A stretch of 64,000 nt of DNA from Paraspadella gotoi (taxonomy: Eukaryota > Animalia > Chaetognatha). Shown here one piece after another: positions 37,904-61,424 of this stretch (position 1 is the first letter of the stretch; every line of letters starts with the position of its first letter). The translations under genes were made by a program, and so were the position numbers. The stretch spans positions 6,561,556-6,625,555 of the forward strand of contig CM119270.1 of assembly GCA_051294375.1 (NCBI GenBank). The letters are read 5' to 3'. Below the pieces are notes generated by a model. That model worked only from the letters and a program-made list of their open reading frames with translations. It had not been told where the DNA came from and did no database searches.

Positions 37904-39521
37904 TGAGAGAGGAGAGGAGGAGAAGGAGAGAAAAGAGAGAGAGAGTAGTCTCTGCTCCCGGAGTGAAGATGGAGCAATCAGAATTCCAGCAAAGGTTTTT
38001 CGGGATCGGTCGATCGAAAGGAACCGGGACTCACCAGCGTGCCTGGCCCGTCGCTGGATCATGTGATTCCGCGGACAGTTGTGCTCAGGGACTGGACGAG
38101 GGGCAGCTAGAAAGTTGGCGTACAGAAGGGGAAAAGGGAGTGAGGCGCGGAGGAGGGTGTTGAGCAGCAGAGGGAAAGAGAAGATGGATGTAGATTCCAC
38201 GGAGTGGTTATGGCAGAGTATGTGCGCGAGACTTTTCAGAATGCTAGGAAATGTGAGACAGGATTTATAGAGGCCAGCATGCGGATCGGCATGCATAGTT
38301 AGTAGCGGCTTAAGGGTTGATGGAGAATTATGAGAGTAAACATGAGCTACGTGAGGAGACCGTCAGTTTACTGTGGTCATACTATAAGCACTATGAACGT
38401 TAGCCTGTAGAAATATTTAGATTACTATGGAAGAACTTGCTTCGCCTGTTATTTATGCAATGGGTAATGATCGCAATTACAGAACTATGAAGCAGGGGTA
38501 TGAGAATATTCAGAATCGATCGCGTATTAGCCAGACGCATCACCGCAGCGAATCATTTTTTGTTCATGAAGACAGCTTTTTATTTGTAATACTTTTTCAT
38601 CCATTGCAGCTTCTTTGTCTTTAGTATTTTCCTCTCAATGAATCGGATGTATCCACCCCACGTGTCGGTAGTGGTTCTCTTACGGAGAGTACTAGTATTG
38701 TTATGTTATTTGGCTCTATCTGGAGGTATTCCCGGTTTAGTTGCGATGAACACCGAATAGAAATAGATTCGCACTACTGGAGGAGCAGGCTCTTATATGC
38801 GGTTAGTCCCGAATTTATAAAGAATTATGAAATAGATGGCACATTACCTTTCACCAGATAATATGATAGACGGGTGATTCGTATAAGGTTAATTGTGGTT
38901 TATGGCAGCCGACGATTGGTGAGTGGCAGTTAGATTCTATGCAGACACGTGTGTGCGATGACGATATTTAAGATGCACAACGGTGCATTGAGGACGTTTA
39001 CTGCTACGTAGCCAAGTAATAGATGACTGACACTGACCATTGGTCTTGGCACATTCATTGAGTGTGAGATTACGAATAGTAATGAGGTCAGTTTCATGTC
39101 CATCACGAAGCGGCAAGGCTATGAGTAGTGCGCCTCGATAACATCTGTCATTTCCCTTTTCTCTCCCTAACTTACCCTCGCCTTTCTCTGGCTAATGGAG
39201 GTATGATGGCTTGAAGGCAACATTGGTTAAGACCTAGGCTTGATTTTCCTCCCAACCCCGATCCTCCCTTATTCCTTCCCTTTTCCTCCAACAGTCCGGT
39301 CCTTTTCTTCCAACACCAGCTCCCTTGGTTCCTCCAACCACACCGCGCTCCCTTTTTCGCTTCCCTTATTCCTCCCAACTCCCCTCCCTTTTCCCTCCAC
39401 AGTCCTACCTTTGTCCTCCCACTCCGCCCTCTTCTTCCTCCCTTTTCCCCCTCCCACAACTTCCTCCCTTTTTTCCTCCAACTCACTGCCGTCCCTTTTC
39501 CTTCCCAACTCCGTCCCTTTT
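37430..39521 (+). repeat. Heavily degraded, insertion-expanded copy of ~18270-19500
   Basis: cggagtcgaggtaatatt (~37735 vs ~18485), ggccacttt (~37807 vs ~18552), tttatttgtaatactt (~38579 vs ~19020), acatctgt (39141 vs ~19166). Confidence 0.85.
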
Positions 39522-39546
39522 NNNNNNNNNNNNNNNNNNNNNNNNN

Positions 39547-40037
39547 GAAAAGGGAGGAAAAGGGAGGGAGTTGGGAGGAAAAGGGAACAGATGTTAAAAG
39601 GGAAAGAGAATGGAACGAATAAAATAAATATGAAGGACGATTTAAGGAAAGGTATTATGGGAAATAAAGAAAAGTACCTTAAAACGTGAATGAAGGATAA
39701 AACTAAAAAAGAACTGCTAAGGAAAGTATTACAAATAAAAAGCGTCATGAAAAATGTGAAAATTCACTTAAGATTTTCATGGCCTTTGATCATATTCGGT
39801 ACCAGTATGTACCAGTACGTGCCAACTTTCATTGGAAACTCGCGCCAACACCTTGGAACACCATTCTCTCCCTCTGCGCCAACCCCTCGCGCCACTCCTT
39901 TTCCCTGTACGCCAACTTTCTACTTCCCCTCTCCAGCGCCAACTTTCCGCGCCAGAGGCCAGACGCGGGTCGGTTTCTTTCGGATCGACGCCGAAAAACC
40001 TTTGACTGGATTCTTGATGCTCCATTTCCTCGGAGCG

Positions 40038-40120
<83 letters not shown>

Positions 40121-41957
40121 ATTTAGAAAAGTGGCCCTTTCTCTTTCTGGTCTGAGTGATCGTAGGATTTATCGATCGAAAGAATATTACCTCGACTCCG
40201 AAAATGGGGGCGGGTGGTGCCGGAGGGCGTGGCCTCACCGGAAGTCGGGTTGGGACGGATAGGCGATGGACAAATTGATGGATAGAATGGTGAAAAAAAT
40301 AGAACGGACAAAATGATGGACAAATTATGGACAAAAACAATGAATCGTGTTATGGACAAATTGAAATGAAAAATAATTAACAAATTTATAAATAAATTTA
40401 AAAATCTCGAAAGAATCCTAATAGCTGCTCTTAGTGATTAAAGGGTCCACGAGATTCGTCGAAAATGACTTGATTTTGTCTCAAAAGTTATTTGGGTTTC
40501 GTGAGTGAAGCGATTGCGCAATCACGACAAGGTTTGTCTTTTTTCCATCCACTCTTTACACGTCTTCTCGTCAAAATTGCACCTAATTCCACCTAAACCT
40601 AAGATCGCCCCCCTTCCTTCCCCGCCACCCCCCACCTCCCTTCGCTTAAAGGGAAGCACTCTGTCTCCCTCTCACCTCACTCCGCTTAAAGGGACACACT
40701 CTGTCTCCCTCTCACCTCCCTCCGCTTAAAATTTTTCTCTTTTTGCTGAAAATTGTTGCAGGAATTCAGAAATCCTCATCGCCGATGCTTGGCTATGTTT
40801 TGTGTGAGTTGAAATTGGCCATTTTTTTTAGAGTGCCCTATTTCAGCTTAAATTTAAAATTTTAGAATCGGGTTAGGGATTAATGTTACCGAAAAGGGCG
40901 TTTTCGTAAAATAGTGCTGTAGAATTTTCATTTTCTCAGGATTGAATCTTTCGAAAATTAAAACGACACAGCGAATGGATTGCCTTTTTTTTTTTTTGGC
41001 GGCGCCACCACCTCGCGCAGCACCGAGACGGTGCTCTGCGTCGCCGACCCGTTGAAGCCCCAGCTCGTTATTGCGGCGCCCCCGTTTGCTGAGTTACGTT
41101 CGCGAGTTCGAAGCCTCGTTAAATCGGGAGGGCGTGTCGGTGCCCCTCCAAAACGGGGGGTGGGTTGGAGAGCTGGTGGTCGGAATCCAATGCCTCCGGG
41201 GGGAATGTCAATGCCCCCCGGGGAAACTTGAAAGATTTAAACGTCTCTCTCTCGCTCGCTCTCTCGCTCGCTCTCTCGCAATATATCTTTTTTCCCTCTC
41301 CCTACCTCGCTCTCACTTTCTCTTTCCCCTCTCGTGATATTTTTTCTGTCCTGGATCTGACTGTCTGTCTATCAGGANNNNNNNNNNNNNNNNNNNNNNN
41401 NNNNNNNNNNNNNNNNNNNNNNNNNNNNNNNNNNNNNNNNNNNNNNNNNNNNNNNNNNNNNNNNNNNNNNNNNNNNNNNNNNNNNNNNNNNNNNNNNNNN
41501 NNNNNNNNNNNNNNNNNNNNNNNNNNNNNNNNNNNNNNNNNNNNNNNNNNNNNNNNNNNNNNNNNNNNNNNNNNNNNNNNNNNNNNNNNNNNNNNNNNNN
41601 NNNNNNNNNNNNNNNNNNNNNNNNNNNNNNNNNNNNNNNNNNNNNNNNNNNNNNNNNNNNNNNNNNNNNNNNNNNNNNNNNNNNNNNNNNNNNNNNNNNN
41701 NNNNNNNNNNNNNNNNNNNNNNNNNNNNNNNNNNNNCTCTCTCTATTTCTCTCTCTCTCTATTTCTCTCTCTCTCTATTTCTCTGGCTCTCATCCCCCTC
41801 TTTCTCTTTTTTTGTGAAGAAGAACAGAATTGAAGATATAAAATCTTAAATCTTTCTTTTTAAAAAAAGAAAGAAATAAGGAAATAGAAGGAACTCCAGT
41901 TGAAATATGACTCCATTCCACGTCAATGGGAAGAGACTGAATAAGTCAAAGGTTACG
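39547..41957 (-). repeat. Extra, comparatively clean copy: inverted to ~16655-19210 and tandem to ~43350-45880
   Basis: aacgaataaaataaatatgaaggacgatttaaggaaagg at ~39614 and ~43428; gaataagtcaaagg at ~41939 and ~45863. Flanked by two 25-N gaps. Confidence 0.93.
40635..40730. repeat. 40-bp tandem repeat x~2.4 (GGGAMRCACTCTGTCTCCCTCTCACCTCMCTCCGCTTAAA); copies ~17928-18036 and ~44550-44647
   Basis: Two full units at 40651-40690 and 40691-40730 differing at 3 positions. Confidence 0.9.
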
Positions 41958-41982
41958 NNNNNNNNNNNNNNNNNNNNNNNNN

Positions 41983-52880
<10,898 letters not shown>

Positions 52881-55800
52881 NNNNNNNNNNNNNNNNNNNN
52901 NNNNNNNNNNNNNNNNNNNNNNNNNNNNNNNNNNNNNNNNNNNNNNNNNNNNNNNNNNNNNNNNNNNNNNNNNNNNNNNNNNNNNNNNNNNNNNNNNNNN
53001 NNNNNNNNNNNNNNNNNNNNNNNNNNNNNNNNNNNNNNNNNNNNNNNNNNNNNNNNNNNNNNNNNNNNNNNNNNNNNNNNNNNNNNNNNNNNNNNNNNNN
53101 NNNNNNNNNNNNNNNNNNNNNNNNNGAGAGAGAGATAAGACAAAGAGAGAGAGAGAGTACATCCACCTATAAATTATAGGTTCCGGGCCACTCCCTCTCT
53201 TCGGCCATTCCCTCCATTCTCACGGCCGCCCAGCCCATTCTTCTTTTTTGATGTCTTTTTTTTCCAAGTTGGCGCCCAGCGCTGATGCGCTGCGTTCGAG
53301 CGTTGCTACCCGTTGCTGCCTTCCGAAGTTGCCATCCGGCGCTGCCATCTTTCGCTTTCCTTGTCAACAGAAACTGCCATCCGGCGCTGCCATCGGCACT
53401 GCTATCCGTGGCATTCGGCGTCGCGGCGTCACGGCGTCACGGCAGCGTGGTAGGCGCCTCGTCTCGTCGCCTTCACCTCATTTCCTTCTTTCCCAATTGT
53501 TTCATGNNNNNNNNNNNNNNNNNNNNNNNNNNNNNNNNNNNNNNNNNNNNNNNNNNNNNNNNNNNNNNNNNNNNNNNNNNNNNNNNNNNNNNNNNNNNNN
53601 NNNNNNNNNNNNNNNNNNNNNNNNNNNNNNNNNNNNNNNNNNNNNNNNNNNNNNNNNNNACACACACACACACACACACAAAGGGAGGGAAATGAAATAT
53701 GGAAGGCTCTCGTCCGGCGCCGATAGCCTAAGTTACCATAGCCCTGGAGAGAGGTAGAAAACCAGAGANNNNNNNNNNNNNNNNNNNNNNNNNNNNNNNN
53801 NNNNNNNNNNNNNNNNNNNNNNNNNNNNNNNNNNNNNNNNNNNNNNNNNNNNNNNNNNNNNNNNNNNNNNNNNNNNNNNNNNNNNNNNNNNNNNNNNNNN
53901 NNNNNNNNNNNNNNNNNNNNNNNNNNNNNNNNNNNNNNNNNNNNNNNNNNNNNNNNNNNNNNNNNNNNNNNNNNNNNCCTCGCCTGTGGTGATTAATTAA
54001 ACCGTCTCTTCTATGACAGAATTTTTAGTTTGATCTTCGCGCGAAAGAGCTTCCATTGAAAGACCTTAAATTCTACGCCTCGAATACCTTATCTAATTAA
54101 TTTTCTTACTATAACTTCATATTCCTAATACTAATCTTGTCCCACTTCCTCTCGTTTTATCATATGACTATCCAATCGATTTAGTTTAGACGTTAAGCCT
54201 AGCTATCGTAACATTCAGTTAACATTTATTTATTTATTTACATTTATTTCATATTACTACTTCTACTCTTCACGACATCGAGTTCACGTTTTCTATGAAT
54301 TCACGAGTTTCATCTATGAATATACTATGCCTTCCCAGCGGCCATTTTTTTCTTTCTTCCTCACCTGTCACCTTTCAATCACTTACCTTTTTCCATCTTT
54401 TCTCTCTCTCTCTCTCTNNNNNNNNNNNNNNNNNNNNNNNNNNNNNNNNNNNNNNNNNNNNNNNNNNNNNNNNNNNNNNNNNNNNNNNNNNNNNNNNNNN
54501 NNNNNNNNNNNNNNNNNNNNNNNNNNNNNNNNNNNNNNNNNNNNNNNNNNNNNNNNNNNNNNNNNNNNNNNNNNNNNNNNNNNNNNNNNNNNNNNNNNNN
54601 NNNNNNNNCCACTTTCATTAATTCCCTCAGCAAAGTCTATTTCGGTCCGTCGGTTTTCTTCCTCCTCTTCCTCCTCCTTCCTCCTTAATCCTCGAGCTTT
54701 ACCTCATGACTCTCCCCTCTCCTCTCTCCCATTTCTCTCTCTGTCTCCCTCTCTCCCTCTCTCCCTCTCTCCCTCTCCCTCTCTCCGGTCCCAGAGCTTG
54801 GCGAAGAAAGACGTTGGATCCGAGTTCATTATTTAAAACTGAAAATGGTTCTGCGACCGATCGAGTTGTTGTTATGGTTGTTGTTGTTGTCCTTGGCGTG
54901 GCGATTATCGTTTTTGTTGTTGTGATTGTCGATTTACCGATCGGTTTTCTTTTTTTTTTTCTTTCTTTCTTTTTTCTATCCTTCTTTCTTTCTATCTTTC
55001 TTTCTTTCCTTCTTTCTTTCTTTCTTTCTTTCTTTTTATCTTTCTTCTTATTATCTTTCTGACTTACTTTCCAGTTTTCTTTCTTTCTTTCTTAATCTTT
55101 CTTTCATTACATCTATTCTTCGTTCCTGTTAGTATCATTTCAATCCACCAGGAGAAAAAGCTTTTGGCTCGATTCCCATCCTCCCTTCTACAACAAAAAA
55201 ACTCTCGTCTCTCAATCATTTTCCTTCTGCCTCACCTCGTCTCATCTACCCACACCTCACCTACCCGAATCTTCCATGCATCCCCCCNNNNNNNNNNNNN
55301 NNNNNNNNNNNNNNNNNNNNNNNNNNNNNNNNNNNNNNNNNNNNNNNNNNNNNNNNNNNNNNNNNNNNNNNNNNNNNNNNNNNNNNNNNNNNNNNNNNNN
55401 NNNNNNNNNNNNNNNNNNNNNNNNNNNNNNNNNNNNNNNNNNNNNNNNNNNNNNNNNNNNNNNNNNNNNNNNNNNNNNNNNNNNNNNNNNNNNNNNNNNN
55501 NNNNNNNNNNNNNNNNNAGAGAGAGAGAGAGAGTTATGATTATCCCAGGCGAAAGTTTTTCATCAGAGGTAAACATCGAGCTCGAGTTGTCGTGAGAAAC
55601 GAGAAAACTCTAGTTCATTTGTCTTGTCTATGTCTTGCTTTCATTTTCTGGGTAATAATAATACTAAAGTTTGGTTAAAACTTAAAACTCGCTTTTTTCG
55701 CTTTTCTTTTCTTTGGACTAACTTTCTTTTTTTTCTCCTCTTTCCCTTTCTCGCTCACTCGCACGACCAAAACATCAAGGACGATAAAGATGATGTCGAT

Positions 55801-56902
55801 GACGAAAACCATTATGACGACGACGACGACGACGACGACGACGATGACAAAGTCACTTTCTCTCCAGACCGAAAAACCAGTGAATCGTGACTCAAAATTT
55901 TCTACTCAATATTTTTTCTTTTAAAATCGAAGTTTATGGTAGCGTAGTCAACAGAGAAGAAAGCTGCTTTCGGTTTAAATTACAGAAGCAAAAAAATGAG
56001 GATAAAACAAATAAATAATCCGAACTACCACAGTGATTTCACGAAAAATCACAAACATCAAAGTGAAAGGCTCAACATTCGATTGGCCTACTGCAGCTTG
56101 GTCAAACTCCCATTGAGCAGAATAAAGTGTTCAGTTCTTATTTTTTTTTTAATAGAGGGAAAAGTTTTATTGACAGGCGAGCGATGAAAACGCTGGACGA
56201 CGACCTCGTGAGATGGCCTCATCTCTCTCTCTCTCTCTCTCGTCCTTCTCTTCTCTCTCTCTCTCTCTCTCTCTCTCCTCTCCTCCGTCTCTCTCCTCCT
56301 CTTCTCTCTCTCTTCTCTCTCTCGCTCGCCCCTTTGCTTCTCTTTATTTTTCCCCGCTTGGTCCGCTTTTTTCTCTGCATAACGCTCGCCCGCACAGTTC
56401 GGGCGTTTTTTCTATTCGTTCTTCTTTCTTCTTTTCCTTTCTTCTTTACTTTCTTTCTTTCTATTTTCTTTTTTTCTGCTTCTCCTCTTTTTCTTTCTTT
56501 CTAATCTTTCTTTTACTCTTTCTCTTTCTTTCTTTTTTCTTCTTTATTCTTTCTCTTTTTCGGATCTGTCTTTCTTCTATTCTTTCTCTTTTTCGGCTGT
56601 TGTCATGTCTGTCTCTCTTTCTTTCTTTCTTTCTTTCTGCTTTCTTCTTTCTTTCTTCTTTTTTCTTTTTTTTCTTTCCATTCCTCTCCCGCCGAAGTCG
56701 AAAACGAGTTTCATTTTCGCGCCTTTTCGTTGTCATCGTTATTTTCTGTCGCCCCTTTTTTCCTTTTCCTTTCCTCCTCTCTTCCTCTCTCTCTTCCTCC
56801 TTTCCTCTGCTCTTTTTTCGTTCCCTTTTCCTCCACGTCGCGTGTTCATCCTTCGCAATCGTCAATTCGGATAGATCTTTTTCTTTTGCCCTGTCTCTCT
56901 CT

Positions 56903-56936
<34 letters not shown>

Positions 56937-57154
56937 CTTTCTCTCTTCTCGTCTCTCAGTCTCTCTCTTCTTCTCTCTCTCGTCTCTCTCTCTCTCCTCT
57001 CTTCTTCTCTTTCTCTCATACTCCCACTTATCTCTTCTCCTCATTCTCTCTCTAAATTATATTCGTTCTCTTTCTTTCTCTCTCTTCTGTTTTCTCGTCC
57101 TTTCTCTCTCTCTTCTTCATTCTCTCCTTCTCTCTTCTTCTCTCTCTCTCTCCG

Positions 57155-57188
<34 letters not shown>

Positions 57189-57548
57189 TCTCTCTCTCCT
57201 CTCTCTCTGTCTTTCGCTTTCCACTAAAAGTCTTCCCCCTTTGTATTTTTTCGCTTTCGTCAATAGCTACTGTACTTTGCCACGGTCAGATTTTTTTTTC
57301 TTCTTGCGGTGGAAACACAAATAGCAATGAGTAACATTGAGTACAGTTACATTTTTTTTCCTCTCTATTATATTTTGAAAAAAACGGTCACCTACTTAAC
57401 AAAGTCGGGAAAAATATTCGGAAAGAGACAAATTAAGAAAACTTTTTTTATTTTCGATTCGCTCGTCTCTAATTTAGATTTTGCATATTTTTTTTTTAAA
57501 TTGTATTTGCATCGAATTTTTCCGGGGATTTTTCTCTCCGGTTTTACC

Positions 57549-57609
<61 letters not shown>

Positions 57610-57986
57610 TGTCACCATTACGTAGATAATAATTATCATTATCGGGTTTTTAAAATACTTTTTATCATTAAAAGAAATACAATTTATTAATTAGAAATTT
57701 AAATTGTTTGTCAATAAATTTGTAGAACCAACAAATCGTTAAAAGATCATTTATGTATTGAGCATTTATGTTATATTATGTTAGGTTTTGTTATGTTATG
57801 TTATGTTATGTTATATTATGAGCATTTTTCGATCGCGATAATCGGAAAATTTAGTTTTTAACTTTGACTTCTGTATTACAGGTGCAGTCAGCAACGACAC
57901 TCAAAATCCAATCTTAAAAGATTTTCTTTTTTTTTCTTTTAAGATAAAAAAAACTCAAATTTTTATCAGTAAAACATTCACGCATA

Positions 57987-58057
<71 letters not shown>

Positions 58058-59310
58058 CAATTCCCTCCAGTCATAACATTTCCCACCAATTTCGCCCTTT
58101 TGATCTTTCCCTTTCGCCATTTTCCCGCTCTTTTTTTCTTTACTTTCCTCCATCATATTTCCCACTTTTTTCTTTCCTTTCCTCAATCATATTTTCCGCT
58201 TTTTTCTTTCCTTTCTTCCATCATATTTCACTTCATACTTTATTTCTTTTCTAATTCCTATTTTTTTTATTTTAATTTTATTTCTCTCACTCTAACTCCC
58301 TCTCTCACCTACTTCCTCCTTTCCCCCTTTCACAATTTTTAGGATTTTCCCTTTTCGGTGTCATCGATTTCACCTTCTCTTACTTTCACATTTTTCCTTT
58401 TGTTTCCTTCCAACATTTCATTCCTTCAACGTTTTTCTCTTGTTTCCGCCACGCACCCATTCTAACTCCCCCGCGCCCCCAACTTTTTGGAATCAAGATC
58501 TGGTTTTCGTAAATCGGCTCCGCTCCAGTCTCTATGCCTCACGTGACCTGTGACCCTCCTACTTTCGCCAGACTCTCTCGATCATCTAAAGGTCGAAAGG
58601 CGTTCCTCTGTCGGCAGAAGGTTCCCGTCTGCTTGCTCCTGTCATCATTGTCGGCCTCGTTTTCATATACTATATTTTGTGAGTCCTCTTAGTTGGTGAC
58701 TTTTCTCGTCGTCATTGTCAAAAAAATTGCTCAGTTGTCACCGCAGTCAAATTGCATCCAAGGGAAGACGAGTTCTGACTTTTTTTTTGCTTTGACTTAC
58801 CAAATTCGTACATTTCTGAGTCATTTAACTTACCTTTCATTCCCAGATCCTGAGGGTTGCTCTTTTAAAATTAAGAAACGTCTTTTTTTCTCCTTTTTTT
58901 TTCTTTGTTCATTGTTTTGGGGTCTTATTTACAAATTTTCTATTTTTCTGAGTGTCAATATTGTGTAATTATTACGCTAATAAAAAAATATCCCAGTAAC
59001 TTTCCATATTTAAACTTTTACTTTAGTAAACATTGTATTTTCCCTTTTAACTTATTTTCATTTCTCTTTTTCATAGGGTTTTCTCCCCCTGTCATTTTAT
59101 ATACTCATTTTCTTTTTTTTTAATTCTCTTCATTTCTGCGTCCCTTCCTCTTCTCCATTTTCTTTTCCTTTTTCTTTCTTTCCCTTTTTTCTCTCTTCTT
59201 CGACTCCAAAATATTTTAGGAAGTGACGTCGTACTCTCGCCTCCAGATGAAAAGAATTCCAGGGAGAAATGTCGATAAGAAGGTGGAGTTAAGATCAGGA
59301 GAGGAATAGT

Positions 59311-59553
59311 CGAGAAGATGAGGAGATAAAAGGATGAGCAGTTTAAAAAATGAAAAGTAGAGGAGATGACAAGTTGAGCAATTTGAGAAATGAAAAGTCA
59401 AGAAGATGAGGAGATGAAAAGATGAGCAGTTTAAAAAATGAAAAGTTGAGGAGATGACAAGATGAGCAGTTTGAGAAATGAAAAGTCGAGAAGATGAGGA
59501 GATGACAAGATGAGCAGTTGGAATAATGAAAAGTTGAGGAGATGACAAGATGA
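59311..59553. repeat. 88-bp higher-order repeat (48-bp + 40-bp subunits) x~2.8
   Basis: Unit starts at 59311, 59399, 59487; subunits share TGAGGAGATGAMAAGATGAGCAGTTT..AAATGAAAAGT. Confidence 0.92.
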
Positions 59554-59721
59554 TTGGACGAAAATATAAAAAGACAAACAGTTGACAAATTTAGTTTCGT
59601 GAATTGATAGAAATGTTAGACAGACCGACGGACAGACATAACGACGGACCAACCGACCGACAGACCGACCGTAAAGAGACTTGTAGAGTTGCTCCGCGAG
59701 TACTCGCGGGGCAACTAAAAA
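59311..59721 (-). mobile_element. Non-autonomous Helentron-associated (HINE / DINE-1-like) element, 5' part
   Basis: On minus: TTTTT, 30-bp near-perfect palindrome AGTTGCCCCGCGAGTACTCGCGGAGCAACT (59687-59716), (GTCN)n microsatellite (~59620-59670), then internal tandem repeats - the module order of DINE-1/HINE elements. No 3' subterminal repeat found. Confidence 0.6.
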
Positions 59722-59887
59722 GAAGTAAGGTCGATGTCAGAACGAAAAAAAATAGTGTTGCATTAAGTATTGGAAAGATAAGTCTGGAATTAAAATAACG
59801 GATAACTTCATAAACAATAAACAAAGAATTGCATATTTAACAAAATTTATAAATAATTTGGTAATAACGAATCAAATTTGGAAGACC

Positions 59888-60010
59888 TTTAGGAGAGACG
59901 CGGCCTTAATAGGATCGATGCAGCCAGATTAAAAGCTGTGCAGCACATTTAGGAGAGATGCAACCAGTTTCAGGGAGATGCAGCCAGATTTAAAGCGATA
60001 CAGCCAGATC
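59888..60010. repeat. Degenerate ~21-bp tandem repeat (GATGCAGCCAGATTT core), ~6 units
   Basis: gatgcagccagatt, gatgcaaccagttt, gatgcagccagattt, gatacagccagatc at regular spacing. Confidence 0.7.
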
Positions 60011-61388
60011 GAAAAAGCAGTAAACACTGAATAAATAAAATTGATCCGTCAGAAAATCTTTGTCTCTCACGTTATTAGTTTTTTCCGTCTTTACTTTTGC
60101 TCTCCCGGTTCAGGGCCTTTTACTTTTACTATGACTTCTAATTTTTGTTTTCTAAAAGTGTTAATTGTCTTTTCTTTCCCGTCTCGAATTCCAACTTCTC
60201 CCGTCAACGTATCCTATTTCCTATTGTCCTATTTCGTAACCTTAACTTATTGACATCTTTGTTTCCCCTTTTCTATTTTCGTCCCTCATTTCTATTCCTC
60301 CTCTCGTCAACTTCACCTCAACTCCATCGGTTTTCAACTTTCCCCTTTTTTCCCATTAGTTCTCTTTTTATTTCTATTTGCTCCTCTGAGCCGATTTTTG
60401 TTCATCTCTGCTACTGTAATCTCCTCTCTGCTCCTTTCATTCTTCTCTGCTTCTTTAAGCTTTCTCCACCTCTCTGGTCCTCTCATTCTTCTCTGCTCCT
60501 GTAGGATCCTCTCTCCACCTCCCTGCTCCTCATATTCCTCTTCTGCTCCTGTAAACTCTTCACTTATTTCTTTCTCTTTTCAACTCCACTTTTCCCCTCA
60601 TTTCTCTGTAACACTTTACTCTATCAGGCATTCTTCTTCACCTCGATATGTTTTTTATAAATATTCTCCTTAGTCCTTACCCCTCGTTCACCCTCTACCT
60701 ACCACACCCTCCACCAACGTCTCCTTTCCCTCCTTTCTTCCAATTCCTTCTTTTTTCTTTTTCCCTTCTTTCCTCATTTTTCTTCCCTTTCCTCCCTTTT
60801 TCCCAAATCCCAGTTTTTCTTTTTCTTCCGAATTCTTCGCTCGAAGCGTCAACAACCGCAACGTCGAGAAAAAAAATCGCAGAAAAAAAAATATTATTTT
60901 TGGAAAGAAAAAAAAAACTGAGATTTTTTTCTTTTTCTTTTTCTTTCTCGAGTTAGTCGGTTCGTTCGTTCATGAGTTATTTATTTTGTTCCCTGGTTGT
61001 TAGTTTTCGGTTTGTGTCAACTTTCTTCTTCGCTCTGTTTTTTTAATGTGATAAATTATTCTGTATATAATCTAGATGAATATAAAAAAATAGAGAAGAA
61101 GAAAATTGATACAAACCGAAAACTGATGATATAAAAACTAAAATAACTTAAATCAATTATTGACTTTTTACTTCGTTAATTAAAATAGAATTGTAAAACG
61201 TTTTTTTGTTTTACTAGAGACTCGTTAATTTCTCAACAAGCGGCGTCAACTTCAACTAGGCCTCTTAACTCTTTCTCCCTTGCTCGTTCCTTCATATTAT
61301 AATAATTCATCGCCACGTTTTCCATAATTCTTTCGCGAATTTACAATAACTCATTTCGGAATGGCTTGTTTTCACGCCGGTCTTACTC

Positions 61389-61424
<36 letters not shown>

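Noticed and set aside
38427-38624. 65-aa ORF in compositionally distinct DNA suggesting horizontal transfer
   Set aside because: Lies within the degraded copy of 18850-19165, still showing colinear anchors; most likely base-calling noise.
39777-40025. 82-aa Trp/Arg-rich ORF on minus
   Set aside because: Built from repeated AAAGTTGGCG motifs next to a microsatellite; frame not kept in other copies and no known domain.
40869-40880. GGGTTAGGG telomere-like motif
   Set aside because: Single unit, no array.
58571-58678. Possible exon bounded by cgccAG and GTGAGT
   Set aside because: Isolated, several frames and both strands plausible, no recognisable product.
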